In this document: in pieces, positions 26,222 through 35,549 of the stretch | How the letters are laid out: each line of letters starts with the position of its first letter | How positions within the stretch are numbered: the stretch's first letter is position 1 | Assembly (NCBI GenBank): GCA_937911265.1 | Contig: CALDRG010000022.1 | Location: 1,399-65,398 of the forward strand | Length of the DNA stretch: 64,000 bases | Direction of reading: 5' to 3' | DNA from: an uncultured euryarchaeote | Lineage (GTDB): Archaea; Thermoplasmatota; Poseidoniia; Poseidoniales; Thalassarchaeaceae | Translations under genes and position numbers: made by a program | The notes under the pieces: generated by a model | What the model saw: the letters and a program-made list of their open reading frames with translations, nothing else | Database searches by the model: none | Told to the model about the DNA's origin: nothing

Positions 26222-29200
26222 ATGGAAGTGCCTGGAGAGAACCCCCGAGGGCGTTCTATGGAGGACTATCTTCACGAATGTCTAGAACTCCTGCAAAGAG
26301 CAGGGGACGATGTAGGCAGACGTAGGAAGGCCATTCAGCGACCCAGGGCGTGGTCACTGCTGCCCTTCGAATGGAAGGCACTGGCCTTCCTCGCGGCCAA
26401 CAAGGCGGCACCCGAGGCAATAGGAATCGAGGGAGGGGTAGGTCGAGATCGTCCTCAACCTCAAAGAATCGGACGTAGGGGAGGAAGAGGCAGAGTCAAG
26501 AGCATGGATGACAGGCTCGCGGGACCTTCCGATGTACTTGTCTCAGATGCTCCAGCAGCCTACAAGCTCGCTGTACTATGTGCCCATAAGGGGAAATCCG
26601 GTACTTCTTGGGACTCGTCGATGGACTCGAAGATGAGTGACCTTCGCTCTGAATGTGAGGGGGGCATACACCCAGTCTGGAGGAGGCTTGCCAGAGAAGC
26701 CCCGCTGATAGCCGAGATGGCACAATTCCCAGTAATCGAAGCCGCTGAAAGGGATATTGACTCGGGGGATTGGGTGGATGCGGCTTGCTTCGACCCACTC
26801 GACCGCGTCAGTCTCAGGGAATGGTTGTCGATGGAACTGCCGTTCACAACAAATTCCGAGCAGGACCATGCACTCCAGAGCATCAGGCAGGACCTCACAG
26901 GTGGTCGGTCGAGGCCGGGCTTGTGGATACGTTGGATGAGTCCATCTCTGAGAGGGCTAAATGGCGAGGGGGCGCTCCTCGAGGGGGTCCTTCTCGCTTC
27001 GGTTTCCGAGGACACTGCCAGAGAGGTCCTCGGGAGTCTCAAAGGAGGGGTTATCAGCGAATTGGCCAACAGGCACTCAATGTTAATCAGAATACGCTCT
27101 GGGGATTTTTCGGAATGGAGAGCATGCGCCAACCAGGAAGGTGATGACGGATTATCTGAGGCGCTCAGAGTCTCTGCTTGGAAGAACGTCGAGTCCTGCT
27201 CCGTTGAACTTTCTGCGGCCGACCTACTGAATGGAGTTGAAATCCTCAGTCGTGTGGAAGAGTCGCTACCAAGCCCGCTCAGATGGAGGGTCGCCTCAAG
27301 CCTAGTCTCTCAGGGTAATGTGGATGAGGCGCTCGGTTTCGTAGAGGGTGCGGTTTTCAGTGATGGTGAACACGTCTCAACCGCTCTGGACATCCTATCT
27401 GAGGTGGAGTCGGAAATTCTGACTCGGACCCTTCGCGAATCGATAGTCTCGATGGACGAAAGCGGGTTGCTCATGGTAATGAGGCATGAAGGAGCGCCGA
27501 TTCAGATTGGACTGCAGGCAGCGAGTAAACTGTGGGAGTCGAAGTCAATCAGACATACCGATGAGATCCTGAACATATTCACCAAAGCCGCTGACATCGA
27601 GAGTCTCGTGGCGGCTTTCGAGAGAGATCCTTCTCTGTCTATGGCATACCCTCACAGGATGCTGATGTCATGGCACCTCCTTCCCGGCAGCTCACGAATC
27701 GATAGGGACTCCCTTGCTGAGCTGCGAAAGACCGCCCTAGGATCAATTGACAATTCGGCAGAAGACGATTCTCTCTCTGACGCCTCTGTCGCCCTAATCT
27801 CTCTGCTAGATGGGCTCCCTCGGGACATGGATTCCGTTCACGGTAAACTGGATTCTGATGGACTCCGGTCTCTCAATGAGGTCAGAAGGGCCCTATCGCC
27901 TGACGGGGACGGGATCGTAAAAGAGAGTAAGATAGAAAATCTTCGGGACTCCATCCAGAGGGCAGATCTTAATCATCTGGAGAAGCGCCTGTTCGATGCT
28001 CTAATTATCGCGCTGCAGTTGAATCGCGCAGCAATGGATCTCCAGATCGGCGGGGAGGAAAGCGAGAGCGGGGCCGTAGAGTCTCTCGGCCAATTGTGTG
28101 AGTTGGATAGTGCTGCAATGCGCACAATTGCAGCCGTAACCAATCTGGTCATCGAGCACAATCTCGGGGTCGCCGCCCTAGAGGATTGGTACCGAGAGCA
28201 TGACAGGACTGGTCCCGAGTTCCAGATTGTTAGGGCAGCTATCCTGCGCGCCAGTGGGGATCGATTGAATGCGGCTCGGGCTTACAAGGACGCTTCTATG
28301 AAACTGAGATTGGACTTCGAACGTTCAGCTCTGGTTCTGCGGAAGTCGCTGATTGAGTTTGCACATGCCGCCGGTTGGAAGGAAGCGGTCTCCTTGGTAA
28401 ATGCTCATCCAGCCCTATCAAGCTCAGTCACCAAACGCTTCAAACTCTACCTCAGAACCTGCAAGAGGTACGAAAACGGTGATACTTCCGCCGCAAGCAC
28501 AGGGCTCATCGAATTTGCGGCCCAAGAAGAGGAGCTCTCTCGGAACGGTGCTTTAGGAAGTATCAGAGATAGGAGAGTCGAGGTTCTAGAAGGATTGTAC
28601 AGATACCCAGACGAACACGGGTTGCCGCCAGACCCTTTCCAAGGCAGAGTCAGGGCTGCTCTGCAAGAGGTCCGGACCTCTAAGGCTAGCAGGCAGACCG
28701 ATTTAGAGAGGAGATTCATGATTGAGATGAGAGGGAAAAAGGACCCTCGAGAGATTACGATTCTCGCTATGGAGGTAGCCGATACTGACCCCATCAATGG
28801 ATTGCGGATGCTAGAGAAGGCCATCACTTCGGGGGATCTGGATGCCAAGCAGTCTAACACTCTGAAGAAGAGTCAGCGCGCTCTTTTCGTAAGCCATAGT
28901 GGCACCATTCCGGTGAAACAGAGGAGTCCCCTCAGAAATCTGTCCCTGAAGCCTCTCATCGTAGTCGATACGAATATCCTGATTGAAGCCCTCAAAGACG
29001 ATTTGATCAAGGAACTATCAGCAGACAACCTAGGTAGCCTCAACTGGACAGTAGAGAGGGCTTTCCACTGGATGCTCCGTCGGCGGGCGGGTGAGGGGAG
29101 AATCTTGCTTCACATCCCTCCAGCTGCTAGAGGGGAGTTCATGCATCGCGCCAAGAACCCCGACTCTGTACTGAGGATGTTTTCGGATACCTATATCGAC

Positions 29201-29617
29201 AAGGCGATATGGTCTGAGATGGTCGATGATGCCTTCTTGATGCAGAGAGTTGATTCTATTTGCCAAGCCTTCAATTCGTGGAGTCAGCCCGCTAGAGTAA
29301 GAGGAGAGGAAATTGATCTGGAGGATTTTCTGCTCAGCCACAGAGAGGTCTTCCAACGGGTGAATGAACAGAAGAGGAGAGGGGGCAAGTCCCCAATGAG
29401 GACTTCGATTAAGGGAGAGGACATCTATCCTGAGAAGGGGGATCGTGATATCATGCTGGACGCGGCGGCCCTCGCATCGACCAGCATATCCGACGTGGGT
29501 AGTGTTCTGGTAGCCACCCGAGACTCCGACTTCAGGCTGGTATCACGGGCGCTTGAAGAGGAATACGGATTCGGCGTTGTGGGCGATGCTCAGCAGCTAA
29601 ACGACAGGGTCCTGTGA
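26222..29617 (+). CDS. large helical protein with C-terminal PIN domain
   Basis: IVVDTNIL...E...DRDIMLDA...VATRDSDF PIN motifs in the last ~220 aa; alternative start 26258. Confidence 0.7.
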   Translation: MEVPGENPRGRSMEDYLHECLELLQRAGDDVGRRRKAIQRPRAWSLLPFEWKALAFLAANKAAPEAIGIEGGVGRDRPQPQRIGRRGGRGRVKSMDDRLAGPSDVLVSDAPAAYKLAVLCAHKGKSGTSWDSSMDSKMSDLRSECEGGIHPVWRRLAREAPLIAEMAQFPVIEAAERDIDSGDWVDAACFDPLDRVSLREWLSMELPFTTNSEQDHALQSIRQDLTGGRSRPGLWIRWMSPSLRGLNGEGALLEGVLLASVSEDTAREVLGSLKGGVISELANRHSMLIRIRSGDFSEWRACANQEGDDGLSEALRVSAWKNVESCSVELSAADLLNGVEILSRVEESLPSPLRWRVASSLVSQGNVDEALGFVEGAVFSDGEHVSTALDILSEVESEILTRTLRESIVSMDESGLLMVMRHEGAPIQIGLQAASKLWESKSIRHTDEILNIFTKAADIESLVAAFERDPSLSMAYPHRMLMSWHLLPGSSRIDRDSLAELRKTALGSIDNSAEDDSLSDASVALISLLDGLPRDMDSVHGKLDSDGLRSLNEVRRALSPDGDGIVKESKIENLRDSIQRADLNHLEKRLFDALIIALQLNRAAMDLQIGGEESESGAVESLGQLCELDSAAMRTIAAVTNLVIEHNLGVAALEDWYREHDRTGPEFQIVRAAILRASGDRLNAARAYKDASMKLRLDFERSALVLRKSLIEFAHAAGWKEAVSLVNAHPALSSSVTKRFKLYLRTCKRYENGDTSAASTGLIEFAAQEEELSRNGALGSIRDRRVEVLEGLYRYPDEHGLPPDPFQGRVRAALQEVRTSKASRQTDLERRFMIEMRGKKDPREITILAMEVADTDPINGLRMLEKAITSGDLDAKQSNTLKKSQRALFVSHSGTIPVKQRSPLRNLSLKPLIVVDTNILIEALKDDLIKELSADNLGSLNWTVERAFHWMLRRRAGEGRILLHIPPAARGEFMHRAKNPDSVLRMFSDTYIDKAIWSEMVDDAFLMQRVDSICQAFNSWSQPARVRGEEIDLEDFLLSHREVFQRVNEQKRRGGKSPMRTSIKGEDIYPEKGDRDIMLDAAALASTSISDVGSVLVATRDSDFRLVSRALEEEYGFGVVGDAQQLNDRVL

Positions 29618-30610
29618 TTTATCAACGAGTTTTGGGTTGGAATTCAAGGACTCACCCAAACGCTGCATGATGATGGTTGCCGATTCGATGCTGTGCACTG
29701 TATCAACACTCTTGCCGGCCGAGTAGTATTTTTTCTTATTAGCAGTATTTTTGCTCTTGCTTCTAGAGAGATATCTCAGTCGCATGAATGAATTCGCATT
29801 CAGTAACATCCTAGCAGGATGCTTGAATCTGCTGTGCAGGAGCCTGCGCATTAGCCATGAGTTCTCCTGCTTGAAGCCAGGAGACTTGATGACCGAAATT
29901 GGCACTCCTGTGAGTCTGTTGGTCCACGTTATGTCCTCTTCGCCGGCGTCTACGATTGCTGTTTTATAGTCCTCGGGGGTGTTGCACTCGGTGGTTGCGA
30001 TGAATCTCGTTCCCATCTGTACTCCATCATAGCCTAACTCGAGAGCTCTGTTGAGTTCCTTCTCGCTACCGATTCCTCCGGCACAGATTAGTGGGAGTTC
30101 CATATCGCGGAGTTCCTCGTACATCTCTCCCATCGACATATCCCCCAAATGGCCTCCGGCACGATCATTGACGCAAATTAAACCGTCAACACCGCATTCC
30201 TTCCCCTTCTCTGCCCACTTTCTATTAGTGACGTCGTGGTATACGACTCCCCCGTATGCATGGACCTTCTCACACACCCAATCGGGCTTACCCAATGAGG
30301 TAACGAAAAACCGGATTCCTTCCTCAAGCGCGATGTCGATCCAGCCATTCATCTTCTCGAAATACTTCTTGCTGCCCTTCTCGATGAGAGCATTGAACCC
30401 AATTGGTTTGTCAGTCAGGGTGCGCATGTAGCGTATCCCCTCACGAAGGTCCCATCCGTGCACGTACGTCAGTGAGACGGGTTGCATTATCGCCAAACCA
30501 CCGCCCTCTGCGGCTGCGGCCACTAGTTCCGGATTGGAACATGGGTACATAGCGCCGCAGATAATGGGGTACTCTATCCCCGCATCCTTAGTGAGTCTAG
30601 TACTTACCAG
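29597..30610 (-). CDS. nitronate monooxygenase/FabK-like FMN oxidoreductase, probable CTG start
   Basis: AGGH, ICAGGI and QMGTRF motifs; the conserved N-terminus TRLTKDAGIEYPIICGAM lies upstream of the called ATG at 30550. Confidence 0.85.
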   Translation of the reverse strand: MVSTRLTKDAGIEYPIICGAMYPCSNPELVAAAAEGGGLAIMQPVSLTYVHGWDLREGIRYMRTLTDKPIGFNALIEKGSKKYFEKMNGWIDIALEEGIRFFVTSLGKPDWVCEKVHAYGGVVYHDVTNRKWAEKGKECGVDGLICVNDRAGGHLGDMSMGEMYEELRDMELPLICAGGIGSEKELNRALELGYDGVQMGTRFIATTECNTPEDYKTAIVDAGEEDITWTNRLTGVPISVIKSPGFKQENSWLMRRLLHSRFKHPARMLLNANSFMRLRYLSRSKSKNTANKKKYYSAGKSVDTVHSIESATIIMQRLGESLNSNPKLVDKSQDPVV

Positions 30611-30614
30611 ACAA

Positions 30615-31115
30615 TCAACTCCTATCCATAACTAGGAAGTTCCACTTGAAGACCCATTCGGAAACCACGTCTCCAGAAGAGTCTCTACCAACTGATTTGA
30701 GGTCGCATTCGACTGATTCTCCGCTCGCACGGCTCTGTTCGATGGCGTCGCGGGCAGCTGAGACCCCGTCGCAAGTGAACCTGATTCGGCCCTTGGCGCG
30801 TTTGCCGAAGGTTGCCTCGGTGCCCACTACAAACATCCGGAGTTTTTCGGACATGGCGCGAGACATCGCGAAAGGGGCTGCCCCGGTCGCCAACTCAGCG
30901 CCCATTCCCTGGACAGCCCAGTACATCGTCTTGAAAGGGTTCTGCGAACGCCAGCCACCTGGGATTGAAGTGACGCATGCCTCGTTATCGATCTGGTCCA
31001 AGCGAAGACCCGCAAATCTGGCCGCGGGCATCGAGACAAGAGAGAACAAGCGGAATTTGACTGGCCCACGAAGTCCCCTGTACTCCGCGACCAGCTTGCT
31101 ATCGTCTATTGGCAT
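30615..31115 (-). CDS. DUF4442/PaaI-like hotdog-fold thioesterase
   Basis: QNPFKTMYWA, AELATG, FGKRAKGRIRFTC. Confidence 0.75.
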   Translation of the reverse strand: MPIDDSKLVAEYRGLRGPVKFRLFSLVSMPAARFAGLRLDQIDNEACVTSIPGGWRSQNPFKTMYWAVQGMGAELATGAAPFAMSRAMSEKLRMFVVGTEATFGKRAKGRIRFTCDGVSAARDAIEQSRASGESVECDLKSVGRDSSGDVVSEWVFKWNFLVMDRS

Positions 31116-31119
31116 GGGA

Positions 31120-31392
31120 CTACCCCATCAACGAATCCACAATCTCGCAATATCTCTCCATAGCAGCCGCTTCACTGGTGCCGATGGTGGCCTTCCAGGC
31201 CTTGTGTTTCGCACGATCCCTCAGACCCCCACGGGGCTTGCCCTCGCAATCTCCTTCCGTAGCCTGCTTGTATAACGCGTACATCTCGAGGAGTTTCTCG
31301 TTCGATGGTTTTGTAGGGAGACCCCAAGCCTTCTTTGAGGAGCGTTCAAAGCGCATCTTCAGGCTCCGTCCGGCTTTTCCCTCAGACATCAA
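31120..31392 (-). CDS. acyl-CoA-binding protein (ACBP)
   Basis: PSNEKLLEMYALYKQATEGD...RAKHKAW...AMERY ACBP signature. Confidence 0.9.
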   Translation of the reverse strand: MMSEGKAGRSLKMRFERSSKKAWGLPTKPSNEKLLEMYALYKQATEGDCEGKPRGGLRDRAKHKAWKATIGTSEAAAMERYCEIVDSLMG

Positions 31393-33194
31393 AACATCTC
31401 CGCGGGGTAATCCATCAGAGTCTTCGGTCCTGATTGGATCTTAGCAGCCAGACTGACTGTCTCAGGATATATTCGCTTGAAGAAGAAGCGTGCGCTAGCC
31501 AACTTAGCGTCGTAGAACGGTTCACCCTGCCTCTCTAGGCACACCTTCGCCATCTTGGCCCACATATACCCAAGGAGTACGTTTCCGAAATAGCGACAAT
31601 AGTCGGTCGCACCGGCCGCGAGGAAGTGCGGATTGGCCATCCCTTCGGCAATCATCAGGAGGGTGATTTGCTGTAGACCCCTGACACCTTGATGGAGGGG
31701 TTTGTTGAACTCGCCCATCTCAGGAATGTCGCGATTCTTCTCAATGAACTCGGTGAGTGGCCACATCAGATAACGGAGATTCTTGCCCATGTTCTGGGTG
31801 ATTTTGCGCCCAGCTAGGTCTAGGGCTTGGATTCCGTTGGTCCCCTCCCAAATCTTTGATATTCTGACATCGCGATAGAATTGCTCGACTCCGAACTCAC
31901 TGCAGTAGCCAGCCCCACCCATGACCTGCATGCAGGTGGAACAGGTCTCACAACCAAGATCGGTGAAGTGGGCTTTGATGATAGGGGTGAACAGTGCCAC
32001 CAGTGCCTCGGCAGGCTCAGCCACCTCCGGATCGACACTGTCCATCTGATCGATTAGAATACCAGTCCAGACTGCGAGGGCGCGACAACCCTCGTTGTTG
32101 ACCTTGGCCTCGAGGAGCATGCGACGAACGTCGGGATGGACTAGGATGTTGTCAGCAGGTTCGTTTGGGTCGCGGATGCCCTTCAGATCTCGCCCTTGGC
32201 GACGATCTCGTGACCAGGCGAGGGCGTTTTGGTAGGCAATCTCGCCGAGGCCCAATCCCATCAGTCCTGTAGCTAAGCGTTCGCGATTCATCATTTGGAA
32301 CATCAACGGCATACCGCCGTGTAGCGGACCAACCAACCAACCAACACTATCGTCGAAATTCATCACACAGGTTGGAGATGCGTGCAGCCCCATCTTCTCC
32401 TCACTGCCCGAGCAGGTCACCCCGTTGTGTTCAGGGACTAGGTCGTGGGATACCCCTTCAACTCCACCAGACTCCCACTCTGCTGGTAGGTATTTGGGGA
32501 CTATAAAGAGAGAAATGCCTCTGGTGCCCTCCGGAGCCCCAGGAGTCTTGGCGAGAACCAGATGGACGATATTGTCAGTCATGTCATGCTCTCCATAGGT
32601 GATGAAAATCTTAGTGCCGGATATCCGATAGGTGCCATCGTCCTCTGGTTCTGCCCTAGTCGTGATGATGCCGAGGTCAGTACCGGCGTGAGGCTCTGTC
32701 AGGCACATCGTGCCAGCCCACTCTCCTGAAGCGAGGCTCGGGGCGAAGTAGTCGACGAGATCTTGTCTCCCATTGGACGTGAGAACCTCGTAGACACCTA
32801 TCGAAAGTGCTGGGAGAACGCTGAGAGCCATGCAGGCAGAAGTACCGAATTCAGCCCAAGTGACCGAGGAGAAGAAGGTGGGTGTACCCATGCCTCCATG
32901 CTCGGGCTTGCAGGCGGTTGCGAGCCACCCCTCATCGATACCTTTGCGGTAGGCATCCTTGAATTCTTGCGGCATCAAGATATTTCCGTTCTCGAACTTC
33001 AGACCCTCCTTGTCACCCAGCTCGTTAATCGGTAGCCAGACCTCCTTAGCATGCATCCCCCATCCTTCTGTAAGCATGGCTAGATAGTCAGCGTCGAAGT
33101 CCTCGAACCCCAGTCCTTCTATCGATTCGATTGCATTGAATACCTCGTTGAATAGGAAGTCGTATTCTCTGATAGGTGGCTCCCACACTGTCAT
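31389..33194 (-). CDS. acyl-CoA dehydrogenase (~600-aa FadE5/DmdC-like type)
   Basis: TMCLTEPHAGTD, GTKIFIT, KMGLHASPT, GGAGY, IWEGTNGIQ. Confidence 0.93.
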   Translation of the reverse strand: MTVWEPPIREYDFLFNEVFNAIESIEGLGFEDFDADYLAMLTEGWGMHAKEVWLPINELGDKEGLKFENGNILMPQEFKDAYRKGIDEGWLATACKPEHGGMGTPTFFSSVTWAEFGTSACMALSVLPALSIGVYEVLTSNGRQDLVDYFAPSLASGEWAGTMCLTEPHAGTDLGIITTRAEPEDDGTYRISGTKIFITYGEHDMTDNIVHLVLAKTPGAPEGTRGISLFIVPKYLPAEWESGGVEGVSHDLVPEHNGVTCSGSEEKMGLHASPTCVMNFDDSVGWLVGPLHGGMPLMFQMMNRERLATGLMGLGLGEIAYQNALAWSRDRRQGRDLKGIRDPNEPADNILVHPDVRRMLLEAKVNNEGCRALAVWTGILIDQMDSVDPEVAEPAEALVALFTPIIKAHFTDLGCETCSTCMQVMGGAGYCSEFGVEQFYRDVRISKIWEGTNGIQALDLAGRKITQNMGKNLRYLMWPLTEFIEKNRDIPEMGEFNKPLHQGVRGLQQITLLMIAEGMANPHFLAAGATDYCRYFGNVLLGYMWAKMAKVCLERQGEPFYDAKLASARFFFKRIYPETVSLAAKIQSGPKTLMDYPAEMF

Positions 33195-33203
33195 TCTCTC
33201 ACC

Positions 33204-35549
33204 TCAGTTCCTCAACGGCTTGCCGGTCTCCAGCATGTGCTCCATCCTCGCCAGAGAGTCCTCATGGCGTCCTAGTCTGGCTATTACTTCCCTCTCCATG
33301 GCGAGGATGTCATCCTCTTCCGTGGTTTCAGTCATGTCGGTATCCCCTCCAGTCAGAATCCAAGCCAGCTCGTTGGTCACCACAACATCGTGAGGTGTGG
33401 CCTGACCAGATAGCGCGAGGTCCTTGACTGCCAGTTCAAGCGCTGTCTTGCCAGTTGGACCGGGGAGGTTGTATGTGTGCGGCTCGGGGGGCTCGTAGCC
33501 CTCGGACAATTCAAGCGCGCGAATCTTGGCGTCCGCGAGCAAGCGGTCGCGATTCATCGTAATGCAGTCATTGGGTCCGATGAATCCCATCGAACGCGCC
33601 TGCTCGGCTGACTTCGCTACCTGGGCTGTCCCGATGTATTCGAAGGCCTTCATGACGGCTCCCATCGGACCCTCAGAGACCAATCCGAAGTCGCGCAGGC
33701 GGGCCATCAGTTCCTTGCAGCCACCCCAAGCGGGGATGATTCCCACTCCGACCTCCACAAGTCCGATGTATGACTCGGCGTGAGCTTGGATGGCATCGCA
33801 GTGCATCAACACCTCGGCACCACCTCCCAAGCACATCCCAGTCGAAGCGGCAACTACGGGCACCTCGCAGTACTTCAGCGCCTGATATGTATCCTGACCA
33901 GCGGCGATGAAGTCCTCGACGTCCTTCCAAGCCGCTAGATTAACCGCGAAGAGGACCAGTCCCAGATTCGCTCCAGCGCAGAAGTTGGCGGCGTCATTGC
34001 CAATCACGATGCCCTTCCAACCCTCTGACTCGGCAATGTCGACCGCGTTGACCAGCATCTCGATGTTCATTGGGTCCATTGCGTTCATCTTCGAGTGGTA
34101 CTCAACTAGCAGTATCTTGTTCCCCATGTCCCAGATGCTTGCCGAACCATTGCGCTTGAGCGGTTTGCCCCGACGCTTGAGGTCGGTAACCGTAAGGGTC
34201 GATTCGGGGCGGTCGACAACGACCATGGAGCCATCGGGAGTGAGTCTCTGAATCTCACCGTCCTCGATTGAGTAGAATCCTCCATTGTCGGCGGCGGTCC
34301 TGAGGAAGTCAGGCACACTGCGCCCACTCTCCTCAAGTCGCTCAACCATGCTGGCGGAGCCTATCGAATCTATCATCTCGAACGGTCCTGATTTCCAATT
34401 GAACCCTGCCTTCATGGCAGTGTCTATCGAATAGATATCATCTGTCACATCGGGTACGAGATGCGCTGCGTAAGACAGTGTGTCAAGCAGGATGTCCGAG
34501 ACGAAGGCAGCGCCCTCGTCAGGGTAGTCAATCAAAGGTCCAAGACCCTGTTTGCCCATCCTGGCCGAGGAAAAAGCTGCCTTTCGATTTGCAGGGGCAT
34601 ATTCGCCTGTAGTCAAATTTCTGGCCTCTTTGACGCGCTTGCCATCCTCTTTATTGAGGCGATAGAAACCTCCCTTGCCCTTACGGCCAGTGTACCCATC
34701 AGCAATCATTGCCTGAATGATATCCTCGCCAGTACCTACAATGTCGTGGAACGGATCATCATCAGGTAGGTGAGAGATTAGGCTCTCAATCACGTGCACG
34801 CTCAGATCTATGCCGACCAGATCCATCAGTCCGAACACCGCTGTCTTGGGTATTCCGATTGGTCGGCCCAGCATCGCGTCTGCCTGCTCGACCGTGAATC
34901 CATGGTCGATTGTCGCTTTGAATGCCCTCTGGATAAAATACACACCGAGTCTGTTACCAACGAATCCAGGGGTATCGTTGCACATTATCACCCGCTTTCC
35001 TAAACGCTCGTCGGCAAAAGAGCAGAGCCTGTCCGTCACTGAGTCGTCAACCTCGGAGGAGGTAACTACCTCGAGGAGAGGAAGGTATCTCGGCGGATTG
35101 AAGAAGTGGGTAATCAGGAAGCGAGAAGCCATCTCAGAAGACATGCCCTCGACGAGCTCGGATAGGGGAAGCGTGGAGGTGTTTGAGGAGACAATGGTTC
35201 TAGGACCAAGGTGCTCGGACATACTAGCGTAGAGTTTTCGTTTAATGTCGAGGTTCTCAATGATGACCTCAATTACCCAGTCGACCTCAGAGAGTTTGTC
35301 CAAATCGTCCTCGATATTACCCGAGCTGATGAGTTTTGCATTGCGCTTGTGCATCAGCATCTCGGGATTTGCCTTCGCCATCTGCTTGACCGCTGTTTTG
35401 GCGATGGCACTGCGGTCGTCACCCTCCTTAGCGATGTCCAGCAGAAGGACCTTGCAACCGGCGTTGGCGCAGTGGGCAGCAATTCCGGCCCCCATCACAC
35501 CGCTGCCTATGACGGCGACACTCTGTATAGAACCAGACAAGAATACCAC
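33204..35549 (-). CDS. 3-hydroxyacyl-CoA dehydrogenase / enoyl-CoA hydratase fusion (FadN type)
   Basis: GSGVMG, SNTS, HFFNPP, then crotonase FCAGANL, GGGAE, LVEVGVG; start may be TTG 35540. Confidence 0.92.
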   Translation of the reverse strand: MVFLSGSIQSVAVIGSGVMGAGIAAHCANAGCKVLLLDIAKEGDDRSAIAKTAVKQMAKANPEMLMHKRNAKLISSGNIEDDLDKLSEVDWVIEVIIENLDIKRKLYASMSEHLGPRTIVSSNTSTLPLSELVEGMSSEMASRFLITHFFNPPRYLPLLEVVTSSEVDDSVTDRLCSFADERLGKRVIMCNDTPGFVGNRLGVYFIQRAFKATIDHGFTVEQADAMLGRPIGIPKTAVFGLMDLVGIDLSVHVIESLISHLPDDDPFHDIVGTGEDIIQAMIADGYTGRKGKGGFYRLNKEDGKRVKEARNLTTGEYAPANRKAAFSSARMGKQGLGPLIDYPDEGAAFVSDILLDTLSYAAHLVPDVTDDIYSIDTAMKAGFNWKSGPFEMIDSIGSASMVERLEESGRSVPDFLRTAADNGGFYSIEDGEIQRLTPDGSMVVVDRPESTLTVTDLKRRGKPLKRNGSASIWDMGNKILLVEYHSKMNAMDPMNIEMLVNAVDIAESEGWKGIVIGNDAANFCAGANLGLVLFAVNLAAWKDVEDFIAAGQDTYQALKYCEVPVVAASTGMCLGGGAEVLMHCDAIQAHAESYIGLVEVGVGIIPAWGGCKELMARLRDFGLVSEGPMGAVMKAFEYIGTAQVAKSAEQARSMGFIGPNDCITMNRDRLLADAKIRALELSEGYEPPEPHTYNLPGPTGKTALELAVKDLALSGQATPHDVVVTNELAWILTGGDTDMTETTEEDDILAMEREVIARLGRHEDSLARMEHMLETGKPLRN

